Source: Antedon mediterranea (lineage: Eukaryota > Animalia > Echinodermata). Taken from it: a stretch of DNA of 64,000 nucleotides. The stretch covers positions 10,106,001 to 10,170,000 of the forward strand of contig NC_092680.1 of NCBI RefSeq assembly GCF_964355755.1, read 5' to 3'. Below the pieces are notes generated by a model. The model was not told the DNA's origin and made no database searches. It was given only the letters and a program-made list of their open reading frames with translations. Shown piece by piece: positions 23,933 to 37,912 of the stretch (its first letter is position 1; the number at the start of each line of letters is the position of its first letter). A program made the position numbers and the translations under genes.

Positions 23933-26900
23933 TGTATAGGAGGTGATATGAATTGTATATTAGATAAAAAAGTAAAGTAGAAATAGTGTAAATCGCTATA
24001 ACTTACCACTAGTAGTACTTAAAGAATAAGTTTCACCTGATCAATATATGGAGATGATACCATAAAGATAAATCCCAATTCAATTGGAGAAGAAAAGATA
24101 CATTCAGACGTTTAGACTTTTGGTGCGTGTCTAACTAATATTAGATCTTTTATATTCTCTGATCACCAGGCTATGTCCCTACAAATTTTAAATGATCAGA
24201 AAGAAAGAGAACCAGGATTTTGGAAATTAAACAATAGTGTTTTGAATGACGAAATAAACCCGTTATAACATAATAAGCATCATTGAAAAAAGAGAAGAAT
24301 TCACATGTAAAAAGAAAAAAAATTGAAATAATAATAAAACAAAATTAATTGAAGAAGTTTAACAAACTCACAAGTATCCTGAATTTAACTTATAATCAAG
24401 AAACAGAATGCCAATTAAAAGAAAAAATAAAACAACTTGATAACATATACATGATTGAGGCCAAAGGAGCCCAAATTCGTTCTAGAATAGAATGGTGTGA
24501 AAAAGGCGAAAAAGCATCAAGTATAAATTCCTTGGCCTAGAAAAAAATAACGCAAAAAGAAACTTTTTTTTTACTAAAATCTAATGGAAAGTACACCACA
24601 GATACTAGTGAAATATTAAGTAAACAAGTTAATTTCTACAAAAAAAATATTCCAGGTGATAACATAAAAAGTTATCTTGACCATCATCGGAAGACGGCGA
24701 ACAATGTGAAGGTCTACTAACCATAAATGAAACTAACAAATGTCGTTCATAAAATGCACTTAAACAAAAGCCCAGAGTCTGATGGACTAACTGTGGGATT
24801 TTATATGTTTTTTTGGGATTATGTTAAAGGAATGTTATGTACATCCTTAAATTACAGTTACAATAAAAATAATTTATCTAAAACTAAAAAAAATGAATAA
24901 TAAACTTATTATTCAAAAACGGAAAAAAAGAATTACTAACAAATTGGAGGCCACTTACCTTATTAAATGCTGACTGCAAAATACTGGCCTATGCCCTGTC
25001 AAGTAGAATACAAAAAATAATTGCGTCAATCATTGATTCCGACTAAAAAGGTTACATCAATGGACGGTTTGGAGGCGAGAACATACGCCGTTAGTAGAAG
25101 ACGTTCTTTTCCCGACCGATATATAGTAACTTGGGTGGAGCAATAGTTTTCTTAGATTTTGCAAAAGCGTTCGACTCTTTAGATAGATTCTTCAAGTTAA
25201 AATGTCTTAAAAAGTTTGGATTTGGTACCTCGTTCACCAAATGGATTGACTTGATTTACAAAGACACAAAATGTGTAGAAAATAATGGATGGCTATCTGA
25301 AAGTTTTCAGATGGAAAGTGGAGGAAGACAAGGATGTCCACTGTCTGCTATCCTATTTATATTATCTGTAGAAATAATGGCTATTAATATAAGAAAAAAT
25401 CCACAATGTAAAGGCATCATGTTGCCTAGTAATATCAATGATGTTAATGAATGTACAGCAAAAATATGAGTTGACAGATGATACTGTCATATTTGCACAA
25501 GATGAGATTAGTTTAAGCTTTTTCTTAAAAGAAATAGAGGTTTTTTGCAATATATCTGATTTAAAATTAAATAAAGAAAAAACTAAAGGAATGTGGATTG
25601 GTTCCAATAAAAATAATGAGACAACACCGTTTAGTATAGCATATGGGCAAAAAATCCAGTCAAATTTATAGGCATACATGTCGGCTATAATAAAAAAAAG
25701 TGTGTGAGGACAAAAATTGGAACGAAAAAATTATAAAATTAGACCAGGTTTTGCAACTATGGGAAAAAAGAAACCTCTTTTTTTGGTAGAATAATAATCA
25801 TAAAAGCCTTTGCAATTTCAAAGCTTGTATATAATGCTAGCATTATAAGTGTACCTAAGTATGTATTTTTAAAGGTAGAAAAGATTTTATATAGTTTTTT
25901 TAATTTTTATGGGGTAAAAAAAAAGAAGAGAAAAACTCATAAAACCAACAGAAGGAGGGCTCAACTTAGTTGGGTTAAGAGAGACTGCTAAGTCCTGACC
26001 CGGGTAAATTAAAAGGTGTACCAAGATATTATATGTATCCTTTTGAATACACGGTCAATATTACCCAGATTAATGTTGAAGCTCATAGAAGTGTATGCCC
26101 AAATTTTACTGTACTGTACTTCAATAATGCACACCCAGAAAATGCAAAAGAAGTCAAAACACAGCAATTGTGGGAAAATAATTTCATAAAATGTAACGAA
26201 ACAACAATATATATTTCAAAAATTGGTTACAAGCAGGGTACAAAACAGTAAAAGATTATAATAGTAAATTATAGATTAATATCATTCAAAGAAGTAATCC
26301 CCAACCTTTCAAAACAACAAACTGGTCTGATTGAGTTTTTTATGTTAATAAATGCAATTCCTTCTGAGTGGAAAAAATAATTACAAATAATGAAATCGAA
26401 AGAGACAATATAGATTTCAAGAGACAACAACTTCATTGTAAAAAGAACAAAAACTCATTTTACTATAGACAACTCATCAATAATATTTCAATTGCCCCCC
26501 ATCTTGTGAATCGAAATGGGAAACACATTTTAGAATTGTAAATCTCGATTGGAAAGAGATATGGTATAACAAAGTTTATAGTATAAAATATGTTACGAAA
26601 TTAGCACAATTTATTTTTAAGCTGATATACTGTATACTTGCATGTAAAAAACGTATAGAGGCATGGAAGCTATCTTCTACATGCTTCTACAGAGTTATGC
26701 GACTACTGTCAAACACATACTATTAAAGTGTAAAAATTACTTGAATGGAATAATTTTAATTCCATGATTCAAGACTGCTATACACTTAACGAAACAGTAA
26801 CTGGATAGAAATAGTTACAGGAACGAAAAGTAAAAATGTAAATGAATTAATCTTATTGTTAACCTTTTGTATATACAAATCTAAATATATCAAATCTTCA

Positions 26901-27410
26901 GAAAAATATACAAAAAGATCAACAATGATTTGGAGCTTGTTCCGAGTAGAACTCAGAAATTGATTAGCTAACCAATATGCTTGTAATTGGGCTAAACTAA
27001 AAGATAAATTAATGAATCACATTTCATAAAATAATAATGAAAACTTGTTTTTTCTTTTCTCTTTTCTTTTTCTTTCTTCTAAATTTAGAAAAATTAAAAA
27101 TAATACAGAAGTAACTTTTTTAATACATTTATTATATTTTACTATAAACAGAAAAATGAAAAAGAAGGAAAGAAATATAGAAAGAAAAACAACGCTTTAG
27201 TTAGCCAAATTTTATAAGAGGGTATATGCCAATATAACCAATAATGTTATGTTTTAAAAGATATGCAATGATGTTATGTTTTAAAAAGATATCTCTTAAC
27301 CATTTTATTGTACATAAACATATTTGTTTAAATATTTATTCTTTGTATATCTTTGTCATGGAATGGAATAATGAATAAAAGTGGGCTAAACCCACGAAAA
27401 AGAAAAAAAA
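23933..27410 (+). mobile_element. 5'-truncated, heavily decayed L1/Tx1-clade LINE
   Basis: GGD.N, PGFWKLNNSVL, GAQIRSR..W.EKGEK, NWRPLTLLN.D.KI, LDFAKAFD, RQGCPLS in frameshifted fragments; AATAAA and A-tail at ~27374-27410. Confidence 0.88.
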
Positions 27411-27740
27411 AGTTGGCTGTGTTTAAATGGTTTGTCCTTGTGTGTTTGAAGACACACTGACAACTTGTTGACTGCACTATTTATGTTGGCTTTTTTTAGC
27501 ACTCGCTGAATATAGATTTTTAGGTATTTTTTATCTTTTTAATATTTATCATACTTTAAAACCTCAGCCTTTTTGAGATTTTACTGTATTCCTGTTTCAT
27601 AGACTTTGCTTGTTATTTTTTAAATTATTATTTTAAACATTATATGACTATATACTTGTTGATTAAATTATTCTACATACTGTAGTATTCTATGATAATA
27701 TAATAAATGGATACAATTTTTTTTTCTTTTTTTTTTTCAG

Positions 27741-27842
27741 GAATCATTTGGAGAACTTGCGTTATTTTTTCATGATGTGTATGGGGGTGATGTGATCGGT
27801 GTTGTATGGAAACCATTTGCATTTAAGCCTGTAAAGTTTAAG
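27741..27842 (+). CDS. NOL6: NOL6 penultimate coding exon
   Basis: tttcag|..|gtaaaa; ESFGELALFFHDVYGGDVIGVVWKPFAFKPVKFK. Confidence 0.95.
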
Positions 27843-28204
27843 GTAAAAATTGATTTTATTACTTATTTTCAATGACTTGGCATCATTAAAAAGTAAAAAT
27901 GTGTAATAAAAATAGAATATATGTGCACCGGTTGATTTTTGGTGTATGCTGGTAAGGTCAAATTAATGTCATTTAAAGTTGTATAACTTTCAATGCCATT
28001 AAACTCTCTTGAAACTGTGGGTGCATATATAACTTCAATAATTTTAGATGTATTGCCAAAATATATTAGTATCATTATTATTATCAATGTCTACCTCAGG
28101 CCTATAGTGTTACTTTAGGAATCAGCCCTACAATTGTACTAATGTAAATTCAATATGAAACTTGATTAATTGCCAAATTTTCATTATTTTTTTATGTTTA
28201 ACTG

Positions 28205-28600
28205 GGTGTTTTAATTAATAGTGGAAAAGGCAACATTCTTTTCTGTTTGGAATCTCAGCTCTAGAATTATAAAATATTCAAATATTCTTTTTTATGTTCC
28301 TATTAAATTCAATAATCTTGGATTTATTGCCAAATTATACCATTATGTCTTCCTGGTAATTAAACATTTACCTGTTTTAATTAACAAACACAGGAATTAA
28401 AGCATTCTTTTCTGTTTGGAATCTCGGCTCTAGAATTCTACCTAATATTCCAGTTATATGTTCTTATTAAATTCAACAATCTTAGATTTATTGCCAACTT
28501 ATATCATTACGAATGTAGATAATATTTACCTGTTTTAATTGATAGAGGAAATAAACAACATTCTTTTCTGTTAGGAATCTTGGCCCTGGAATTCTAATGA
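28205..28600. repeat. Degenerate ~165-bp tandem repeat, ~2.5 copies
   Basis: CATTCTTTTCTGTT(T/A)GGAATCT at ~28234, 28403, 28559. Confidence 0.75.
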
Positions 28601-29072
28601 TCCATAAGTGGCCTTAATTGATGATTATTCCATAATTGAGTAGTCCCTATGTCTATCTTATAATTTCAGTCACTGATTGACAATTCTACAGTGAGTGATA
28701 TCATAGTCTTGTACTATTTATAAACTCCATCGACAGTAGTTTATCTATTAGTTTTATTTCCTAATTGGTGCTAATATAGTAAGTTAATTATGAGTTTAAT
28801 GATGATTTACAAATTTTTTGAATTTTACGAATCTTAAGGTTGTACATTTGTTTTTTTGCTATCGCACAAATCAATACACATGAGGTATCAAAATTATACT
28901 ACTGTTCTTTTTCTTTCCTTTATAAAGAAATTAATATTTGTGTAAAATATTATTTTCCTTTGGACATTATAGAAGAACCAATAAGAAAATCTAACAGATG
29001 TCCTATTAAAGGGTCACTGTTAAAACATATTGCCGCTGGCCTTGTCAAATTCACAGTGAAGTATCCCCTTAA

Positions 29073-29421
29073 AGATGTACTGTATTGTCCCCCAAAAACA
29101 TGAAAAATGAAGATTAATTGAATCAGAATTTAAATATGGTATTTTGTAGTTTTAATAGAGTTACTTACTTCCATATAAAAAAAAACCAAAAAAATAATGT
29201 TTTCACTTATAAAATGACAAAATAAATGGTTAAATTTAACTAAAAATCCATTGGCTGGCAGCCAATTTGACCATTTTTTTCTTTAAATTACATTTTTTCA
29301 GGTAAATACATTTTTTTTTTATCCAATTTTTGGTCAAAGTGGATAACTATTATGTTACATTAAAATGAAAAATTAAAAAAAAAAATGTTAAGAATTATTT
29401 TTTCAGGGGGACAATACATCT
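29073..29421. mobile_element. Kolobok-like MITE with TTAA TSD
   Basis: TTAA|AGATGTA(CTGTA)TTGTCCCCC ... GGGGGACAATACATCT|TTAA. Confidence 0.8.
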
Positions 29422-30809
29422 TTAATATAGTAATAATAGTGTCTCATGTAGAAGTCCTACTGTATGTTTTTGCCGCACAGTTATTAACATTCATATGATC
29501 CAAATAATTAGCACATTTTAAGAAACAAATTACTTGGTTAACTTATAATAATAATAACTGTTCATTCAACTATAAATTTCTTTTTGCTATTCTGGAAGAG
29601 GGGGAAAATGTGCCCTTAATTAGATATTAAGAGATGCAATATTACTTAAATTGTGAATAATTGGTGTTGTTGGTCTCACAGACAGGCTTTACCTACATCG
29701 AGTAAAGAAATGTTTTATGTTGTAATTCATTTGCATTCAGTTTCTGTTCAATTAAATTTGTATTAAAAGGCTTTTGTAATCAGTGAAGTGAATTTGAGAT
29801 TTTTTTCTGGGACATAGATTAGAGTCATTGGACTGTCACTGTAGGCTGTAATTTTTCTGTTTACTTGTAGTGTTCCATGACAAAAGATAGATTTTTCCTT
29901 CAATATAATTCACCATCTGTCATTAAAATTTCTTTATTATTTTTTAGATAATTATGCAATTCATCTTGTCTTAAATACAGTATGGATTCTTTAAAATTGT
30001 AATTTTCTCTTCACATCAATTGAATACTTCGACTGACGTACTATATTAATGTTTAAAATCTGTCTTTCTATATCATGTCTGCTGGTTTTAGTTGCAATTT
30101 CTTGGCAACGGCACCTCGATAAATTGCAAATAACCGGATAAAAGCGTTTAACAGTTTACAAATAATGAATCTTGTGAATGATGACCAGTTTTATTTCAAT
30201 GAGGTGATATAACATTTCATCATTCACCAAATGCCATTATTTGTACCATTCATACACGAATATAAAAGATTCATTGTTTGTTTTATATAAATCTACTGTA
30301 AGCAGATTCCTGTCATTTGAATCAAATAAAAGGTAGGTTGATTCACATATTAAAACAGTAACATTTGGTTTTTAATATTATTATTTGGATTTTATAAACG
30401 CACCTACTGTTTAGTGTTAATTATGTCAACAAAGGCCAAACAATCCCCAGGGGTTGATTTAGAGGGGGGCCGGGCCTCTTTTGTAATATATATATATATA
30501 TTATGCACCCATTTACGTACGATTTTATCAACGATTTTACAGGAAATAGGGGGTACAAATCAACATTAAAAATCGTTAAAATCTTCAATTTTTTTTAAAG
30601 TTGAACCGAGTTCAACTTCAACGTTACGATCGATAAAACTGACTGACCAATCAAATAGTTCATAAATTACGTCATCATTGTTTGTGAAAAAATACGTACG
30701 CGCTGGCAATTCTTGATTTTTTACAACCAACAATGTTTTTGTACTCTTTTAATGTCTGAAATTTCAAAATAACAAAGTGTAAGTAAAACTAAATTTTAAT
30801 ATAAAAACA

Positions 30810-31620
30810 ATTTAATTTAATGTTTGTCTTTAGTGTAAAAACTAGATATCAGCGGCCGACATTTTTGGTCACGCAAGACCCATAAACAAAAAGAAAAAAA
30901 AAAGACATTTGTATAATTATATAAAATTAAAAAAGTCATGACAAAAAACAGTTTAAAGGTCTAGTTTGAGTACAATGATAATAAATGATTTTTACGAAAA
31001 GTTGGGAGAGGGGAGGATTAACAATACTAGTATTTAATTGATTCCAAATTAAAGGGCCAGAAACATAAATAAAGTGGGAAGAACTGGTTAATCTTACAAA
31101 AGGAATAGTTAGCTGAAACTTATTAACAGTACTTCTTAAATTATGACCATGGTTGAAATCAGCAGGGTTAAATAAATTTATCATGGGAGAAGGAAGATTG
31201 TTAGAAAAATATTGAAAGACAAAAGAAGCATTTTGCAATTTATGTATATCGCCTATTAACTTCAGTAACTTAAGTTCATAAAATAAAGGTTCAGATGGAG
31301 TAATGCGAGATGTAAAAGTAATATTTCTAATAGCACGCTTAATCAACTTATTAAGTTTATCCAGATGAGATGGATACAGCCCAAGTTATGTTACAATAAT
31401 GAAGATGAGGTAAAATTAAAGAATTATAATATAAAGAAAGAAGGATACGCTGGGGAAAAGTGTGCTTAAGATTATTTATAATCCTAGTGGTTTTAGAAAT
31501 TTTATTTGCAATATGTTTCTGATGACTGGTCCATCTCAAGTTTTCCTGGATTAAAACACCAAGGAACATAGTCTCTGACGTTTGTTTAATGTTATCTCTA
31601 TTTAAATTAGAGATGTTCCC
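30810..31620 (-). mobile_element. 3' fragment of an L2/Crack-like LINE
   Basis: FLGVLIQENLRW..HI..KISK, LYY.SLI.PHL.YC..TW, KRAIR.I..SEPLF..L.LLK, GP.IWN.L. Confidence 0.8.
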
Positions 31621-32197
31621 ATTAATTAATCAAAATCCTAAAAACGATCTAAAGCCAATTTAAATGCCTTTTTGATCTAAAGTACATATATATCTCTCCA
31701 AAAATGTACTTCCATTGCGAAACAATAACATTCGAAACGAAAGTATAAAATAGGTGGCGCTGTTGTATTTCAAAAGCAATAGTATAAACAAAAATATTTT
31801 CAAACGCGAACAGTATTTTCCAAACACGAAAAAAGTACTATTGAACGATCGTTTAATAGTGCATACTATTGCACGTCAAGTGACCCACAATCATCCAATC
31901 AAATGACAGGAATTTAGTTCGGTGTTATATAATAATGGTTAAAGACACCCAATTGCTGTGCAACTTTGAGCTTTAGTTGCAAATTTATGGTTATTTGATT
32001 GACCGTCTTTGACCTTGAGTCAACTACCATAACATCTTGATCCTTTGACCAACTGAGTACATTGCCTTCTGGGTAATGTTAATCGCCCATTGGTTTAAAG
32101 AGAGATGTTTTTTTTTATTTTAGCACTTGTGCTCTTAGTGTGTGTCTGTCTAGTGATCTCAGTAACAAGCTTGGTTTTAGATGTGAGCATGGGTCAG

Positions 32198-32587
32198 GAG
32201 GGTTATTGCTAAATCCCGCAAACCTCCAAAAAACATAGCAAACCCCACCGAACCAACATAAAAGTGATTGAATAATGTAGTGTACGACCCACTGGGTATA
32301 TCCATGTAAAAACAATATTAAATTTCTACTGTTAACTACTTATTTTTAGGGTAAAACATCATTTTTTTTTTCAAAAATGATTGCTAAACCCCGCAAACCT
32401 CCAAAAAACATAGCAAACCCCACCAAACCAACATAAATGTGATTGAATCATGTAGTGTACGACCCACTGGGTATATCCATGTAAAAAATAATTAAATTTC
32501 TACTGTTAACTACTTATTGTTGGGTTAAAACATCATTTGTTGGTCAAAAATGATTTTTGGGGGTTTGCGGGTTTAGCAATACCCGTC
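32198..32587. mobile_element. MITE with ~35-bp imperfect TIRs and an internal ~175-bp tandem duplication
   Basis: GGGTTATTGCTAAATCCCGCAAACC vs GGTTTGCGGGTTTAGCAATACCC; block 32207-32380 repeated at 32380-32555; TSD unclear. Confidence 0.7.
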
Positions 32588-33259
32588 AGTAGTTTATCTT
32601 GGCCAGGTTTAAAGGTCTGCATTCAAGATGAAAAGTCACTTATTGCACTGATAGTCTAGTTGTTTCTATAAATATTTCTTAAAAGAAACTTGCTGTATGT
32701 CTTGCAATTTTGTAGAAAATTCATTCAGATTTTAATGAAGGTTATGTTTAGAAAATCAGTGTTATTACCACAATTCTTTAATTATTTTGTCATGTTTAAA
32801 CAAATCATTAAAAAGTACAACTAACCCAGACCAAATGCATCTAATCTGCTCTAGTATGCAACTAGCATCATTAAGTCTATACTTATAGTATTTATGGCAG
32901 GCTTTGTGTGTGATTATAAATTCAATGTTTTTTTAATTAAGTAAAGTTTTCTTTTAATTGCAGTTGTCAATTTAAATGGTACTATAATTCATTATGTCAG
33001 AGGTTTGAGCTATCTACATTCTTTGGTAATTAGCCTTATAATACATTTCTGCCAATTTCCCCCTAATACCTGGCATTTTGGTTAATTACAATTACTGTAG
33101 GTTGTTGGTATAGTAATTTGAGGTCATTCTGTTCATTAGTGTATGAGCAATTTGAAGTGGGAAGGATTATGTGCCAGAATTAAGTGGAGTAAAATGTTGA
33201 AGTCTAAGTAAGATGCAATTTTATGTATCATATGAAGTTTTCTCATATCCTAGCTGTCA

Positions 33260-33335
33260 GCGCAAGCTTGGTGGTCTAGATGTATGAACACCAGGCTAGT
33301 AATTTGGAGCACATGGTTTCGAGTCCCACCTCAGA
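33260..33335 (+). mobile_element. tRNA-derived (SINE-head-like) Pol III promoter fragment
   Basis: A-box-like TGGTCTAGATG and B-box-like GGTTTCGAGTCCC at tRNA spacing. Confidence 0.55.
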
Positions 33336-34799
33336 ATTCCTAAGATAAAAAATCCCAAGGAACTTAATGACTATAGGCCAATAGCTATCACATCCAATGT
33401 TGGTAAGTGCCTAGAAAAGATTGTACTTAGGCAGTTGCTTGATCAGATCAAATTGTTTCTCGATCCTCTCCAATTTGCCTATCAGAGTAATAGAAGTGTT
33501 GAAGATGCTGTGCTCTTCCACTTACATAATATTTACCAACATTTAGATGTGCCTAAATCATATGTAAGATGTTTGTATATAGATTTTTCTAGTGCTTTTA
33601 ATACCGTTGAACCTGGTTCATTAGTACGCAAACTTAAAGAAATGAACGTAAACGACACATTGACTTCATGGATATATAATTTCTTAACAAAAAGGTTCCA
33701 GTATGTTAAACTAAACGGTATTTTATCTGATAAAAGAACTGTTAGCATTGGCACGCCACAAGGGTCTGTTATCTCCCCAATGTTGTTTTCACTGTTCACC
33801 AGCAGTTTCAGAGCCAATTCAAATGAATGTTGTATAGTAAAATATGCAGATGACACAGTCATCACTGGATACATTACTGGCAATGATGAAACAAGCTATA
33901 GACAACTAGGATGTGATTTTTATCACTGGTGCTGCAATAACAACCTGAAACTAAACATAAAGAAAACAAAAGAAATGCAAATTGATTTTAGGAAAATTAA
34001 AGAACCCTTAGAACCTCTGATTATAAATGAAAATGTAGTAAATGAGTACAAATATCTGGGTTGTATAATTGACAATAAGCTAAATTGGATATTAACTAAT
34101 GTAAATAAAGCCACATGCAAAGCCAACCAAAGGATGTTTATTTTAAGAAAAATGAAGTACCTACAAATTGACAAAACTATACTTAAATTGTTTTATAACT
34201 CTGTAATTCTCAGTGTAATACTTTTTTGTAATGTTTGTTTTTATGGTAATACAATGCAAAAAGATAAAATTAAACTTAATCGAATAGGAAATAGAGCAAT
34301 TAGACTAGTAGGAGAGCACTTACCTGATGTTGAATCCTTGTATAAAGAAAATGTGTTAAAAAAAGTAAAAAGTATCATTGATGATGAAACACATCCTCTT
34401 CACAAACAATTTGCTCTCATGAATTCTGGCATAAGACTACGTGCACTTAATACCAAAACAAAACGGTTTAGGTGCTCGTTTGTACCTAATGCTATACACT
34501 TATATAACTCCAGAGTACAAAGGTAAAATGTAACCGCTTTTGTTTATTTTTATAGCTCACGCATGTATTTTTAATGCTTTTATATAAACTTTAAATCATC
34601 GTTAGTGCAATATAATAATAAATCATATAATATAATTAAATAATAATAATTTTTATCTAATTTTAACAATTTTTAGCCTCTTAACTTTTTGTGTGTGTTT
34701 TTGTAAATTGTATTTTATATTTTTGTATTTTGCCAGTTTTCAAATCACATTTCTGTTTTTTAAATGGACAATAAAGTATATATGACTATATGACTATGA
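33336..34799 (+). mobile_element. 5'-truncated Rex/L2-type LINE with uninterrupted RT frame (33336-34526)
   Basis: IPK..NDYRPIA, DPLQFAY, DFSSAFN, GTPQGSVISP, KYADD, YKYLG; AATAAA+(TATGAC)n tail. Confidence 0.92.
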
Positions 34800-34977
34800 A
34801 TTACTTAGTATAAAGTTCAAATTATAAAGCAAAACATCTGATTAATTTCTCATACTATACCCATTACAATTTGTTTATGCATCAATTAAAGATACTTTTC
34901 TATAGTTTCTGTCTCACTCCCAGGTGCCACATATGTATGATGATTTGGACTGGCTGGATCTCAATAGAGATACAATA

Positions 34978-36089
34978 GGCTAGGCAATCTATCTAAAAAA
35001 ACAGCCCAAAGTGAAACAAATTGAAAACAGAGATTTTTCTTTTTTAAATGGTCACATATGATGAAGAGATGCAAATTAGTAGTACAGGTGAAAGTTGCCA
35101 TATCTCTATCGGTCATTAGAGTTTTTCAAAATATGGCAATTCACTGTAATTTCCATATTTCATATAACTTGTACTACTAATTTGCATACTTTCGAGGTGC
35201 TTGACTTTTGGAATTACGGTCCTATACTGGCTATATAAAACCTGTATCCAAGTCGAGGCCAAAACAAGGTCTGTACATACATTTTAGTTACGTCATATGC
35301 AAATATTGAGAAATAGGGTCGAGGGTCAACTGTCATACTTTCAATAACTTTTTCATAAAATGTTTTATTAGAGCGAATATAAATATGTACATTCTGAATA
35401 CGGCTTTGAAAAATCAACTCTCTAGCATTAATGGTTTTCTAGATATGGGAAGACTGTAATTTCACCCCCCTATTTGCATATTTCATGTAATTTGTACTAC
35501 TAATTAGCATAATTTCGAGATACGTGACAAAGGCGTGATTTTTGGGAATTACAAAGCGGTCCTATGGTGACGATAGGAAACCTGTATCCGAGTCATTTGA
35601 GTCCAAAACAAAGTCTCTACAAACATTTTAGTCGCATTATGTATGCAAACATTGATAATAGAGTCGAGGGTCAATTGTTGTATTTCCGGTCATTTTTTCG
35701 TAAAATGTTTCATTAGAGCAAATATAAATATGTATATTCTGAACAAGTTTTTGAAAAACTCTCTAGCCTTAGTGGTTTTCGATATATAGGAACCTGTAAT
35801 TTCACCTCCTAATTTGCATATTTCATGTAACTTGTACTAATAATTTGCATACTTTGGAGGTTAGTGATACAGGCGTGATTTTGAGATTGACTTTTAAAAT
35901 CTTGTGTTGACTATTAGAAACTTGTATTTGAGCCATTTAAGGGCAGTAGAACAAAGTATCTACAGACATTTTAATTTTGTTATATAATGCAATATTGCAA
36001 ATTGTTATCTCCTCATCGTATGTGACCATTTAAAAAGAAAAATCTCTGTTTAGAATTTGTTTCACTCAACATGATAGATTGCCTAGTCC
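34978..36089. mobile_element. MITE with ~95-bp TIRs and internal ~310-340-bp subrepeats
   Basis: CTAGGCAATCTATC..AAATGGTCACATATGATG vs CATCGTATGTGACCATTT..GATAGATTGCCTAG; CTGTAATTTC..TTGTACTA block at ~35143, 35454, 35794. Confidence 0.78.
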
Positions 36090-37180
36090 ACAAATAGGAT
36101 AAAACAAAAACTAATTCAAAACAGTAAAGTAAAACAATCAGAAATTATCAAGCTTTTCAGGGCCTTATTTACATTAGTTTTTCATAAAACAGTTAAATGG
36201 AATACAGTAGTCAATCCAGCTTGTAAAATGTTTTTCATTCAACTCATAAACATTCATGTATACCTTTGCTTTATAGGATGTATGTCAGAATTGTGTTATC
36301 ACCATTAATTCAGACTTATTTAAAATTCACACCAAAGAGATTATTATGGGATTATTATGATTTTGTTGGATTATACAGATTCTTTGCTGGATAGAAAAAA
36401 AGCTCATGTGTGTATAATTAATTATAATACTGAACATATATAAATGCCAAGCTTTCTCAACACCTCTAAAGCCTTGTTTACACTGAACTTCAGTGAAAAA
36501 TTTCAATATGGTAACTTTACCAAAGGCCATCGGTAAGTTTGATCATTCTTCACACTTGAATCATGCAGTTACCATGAATTGACCAAAATTTAACTGACGT
36601 TTTTGTCATTTAATTTTTGTTAATTTCATATTGCATGCCATGCATTAATTTTACCGATTACAGATACCTTTGCACAGTCAGCTTTTTGTAAACATTTTGA
36701 TAAATGCAACAACTTTTGACTGGTTTATGTTCCTTGTGTCAAAGTTTGTGTGTTTTCTGGCCAAAATCTCCATTAAGGCCTAGTCCTACCTGTGATTCAA
36801 TTACATACTGTCGAAGCCTAGAATTTGTCTAGGTTAAGAACTATCTTCCCCTCCTGATCTACAGCCACCTTTTAATACTATTAATGTATTGTTTTGTACA
36901 TTTTGATTTGTGTTTTTGTAATGATGTTTACATGTTATTTCTTGACATTTTATGTAGTTTCAACCACAAAGTGTGTAGGAGTTTCTATAATCTTTATGTA
37001 ATGCATTTTGAATTTTTTATTTTAAATTTCTTTTTTCTGAATGTTCATGAAATGATGAAGAAGTTGTTAAATCGGTCTATTCCATTAAAAATTAATTAAA
37101 ATAGTTTGATAGTTAATAAACTTAGATATGCTGTGGTTATCCAGCAAAAAAAATAAATACCTTTACGTTTATCTTTTCAG

Positions 37181-37336
37181 GTTTTGAAAGTAAACACAAA
37201 GCAACAGTGTGTACAAGATGGATCAAATGCTGTCATGATGAAGCCTAATGTAGAAGCCATTATTGAGGACTTCAATACACTTGGTAAAGGTCTTGTTGAT
37301 AGGATTGAGGTTCACACAGAAAGGTGGATTATATAG
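37181..37336 (+). CDS. NOL6: NOL6 terminal coding exon
   Basis: ttttcag|; VLKVNTKQQCVQDGSNAVMMKPNVEAIIEDFNTLGKGLVDRIEVHTERWII*, matching recalled NOL6 C-terminus (PNVEAILEDF..LG.GLV....ERW). Confidence 0.95.
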   Translation, partial: VLKVNTKQQCVQDGSNAVMMKPNVEAIIEDFNTLGKGLVDRIEVHTERWII

Positions 37337-37578
37337 AAGAGGATTTTTTTGAAAGAAGAAAAAGTAAATGAGAAAGAATACCAAAGATTATTTAACATCA
37401 TTGTGTATAAGTTAGTTTTCAAACACAAGCACTAGGAAACTTTATCAAAGATTTTTTTTTTGCAAACTATAATATCATTATTTTTCTGCCAAACTTTTCA
37501 ATTAGCAACTTTTCAATAATGAATTTTATCTATTTGTCTTTAGTGGACTAATATTACAAGAATAGTGTTTTTTTTTTA

Positions 37579-37912
37579 GTGAGTGAGTGGCCGAGCGGTT
37601 AAGACAGTGGAACCGTAATTACGTAGCCATAACATCGGCAGGGGTTCGAGGCTCACTCACTCCATGGTTCTGGTGGTAGAACGAGTCTTCTCGGATAAGG
37701 ACTATAAACCGTAGGTCCAGTGTACACATCTAGCTCGTGTGCACTTTAAAGAACCTAGTACATCTTTCGAGACGAGTAGGGGGTTACCCCGGTGTATTAG
37801 TACATCACAGCCACTGACACCAACTGGGCCCTCTGGGAGACCAGTCTTTGACTGAAGAGGTTACCCAGTATAAATATATATATTTCAATCAAAAAAAAAA
37901 ACAAAAAAAAAA
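37579..37912 (+). mobile_element. Full-length tRNA-derived SINE with Deu/Nin-like domain and A-tail
   Basis: A box TGGCCGAGCGG, B box GGTTCGAGGC, GGATAAGGACTATAAACCG..GAGTAGGGGGTTACCCCGGTGT core, poly(A). Confidence 0.88.

Noticed and set aside
28615-28680. Intronic C/D snoRNA (TGATGA..CTGA) in NOL6
   Set aside because: No terminal stem or recognisable rRNA guide; such motifs are expected by chance in AT-rich DNA.
37579-37665. tRNA gene (also 4291-4385 and 33260-33335)
   Set aside because: A/B boxes are present but there is no proper anticodon arm/cloverleaf, and the sequence continues into SINE or LINE body.
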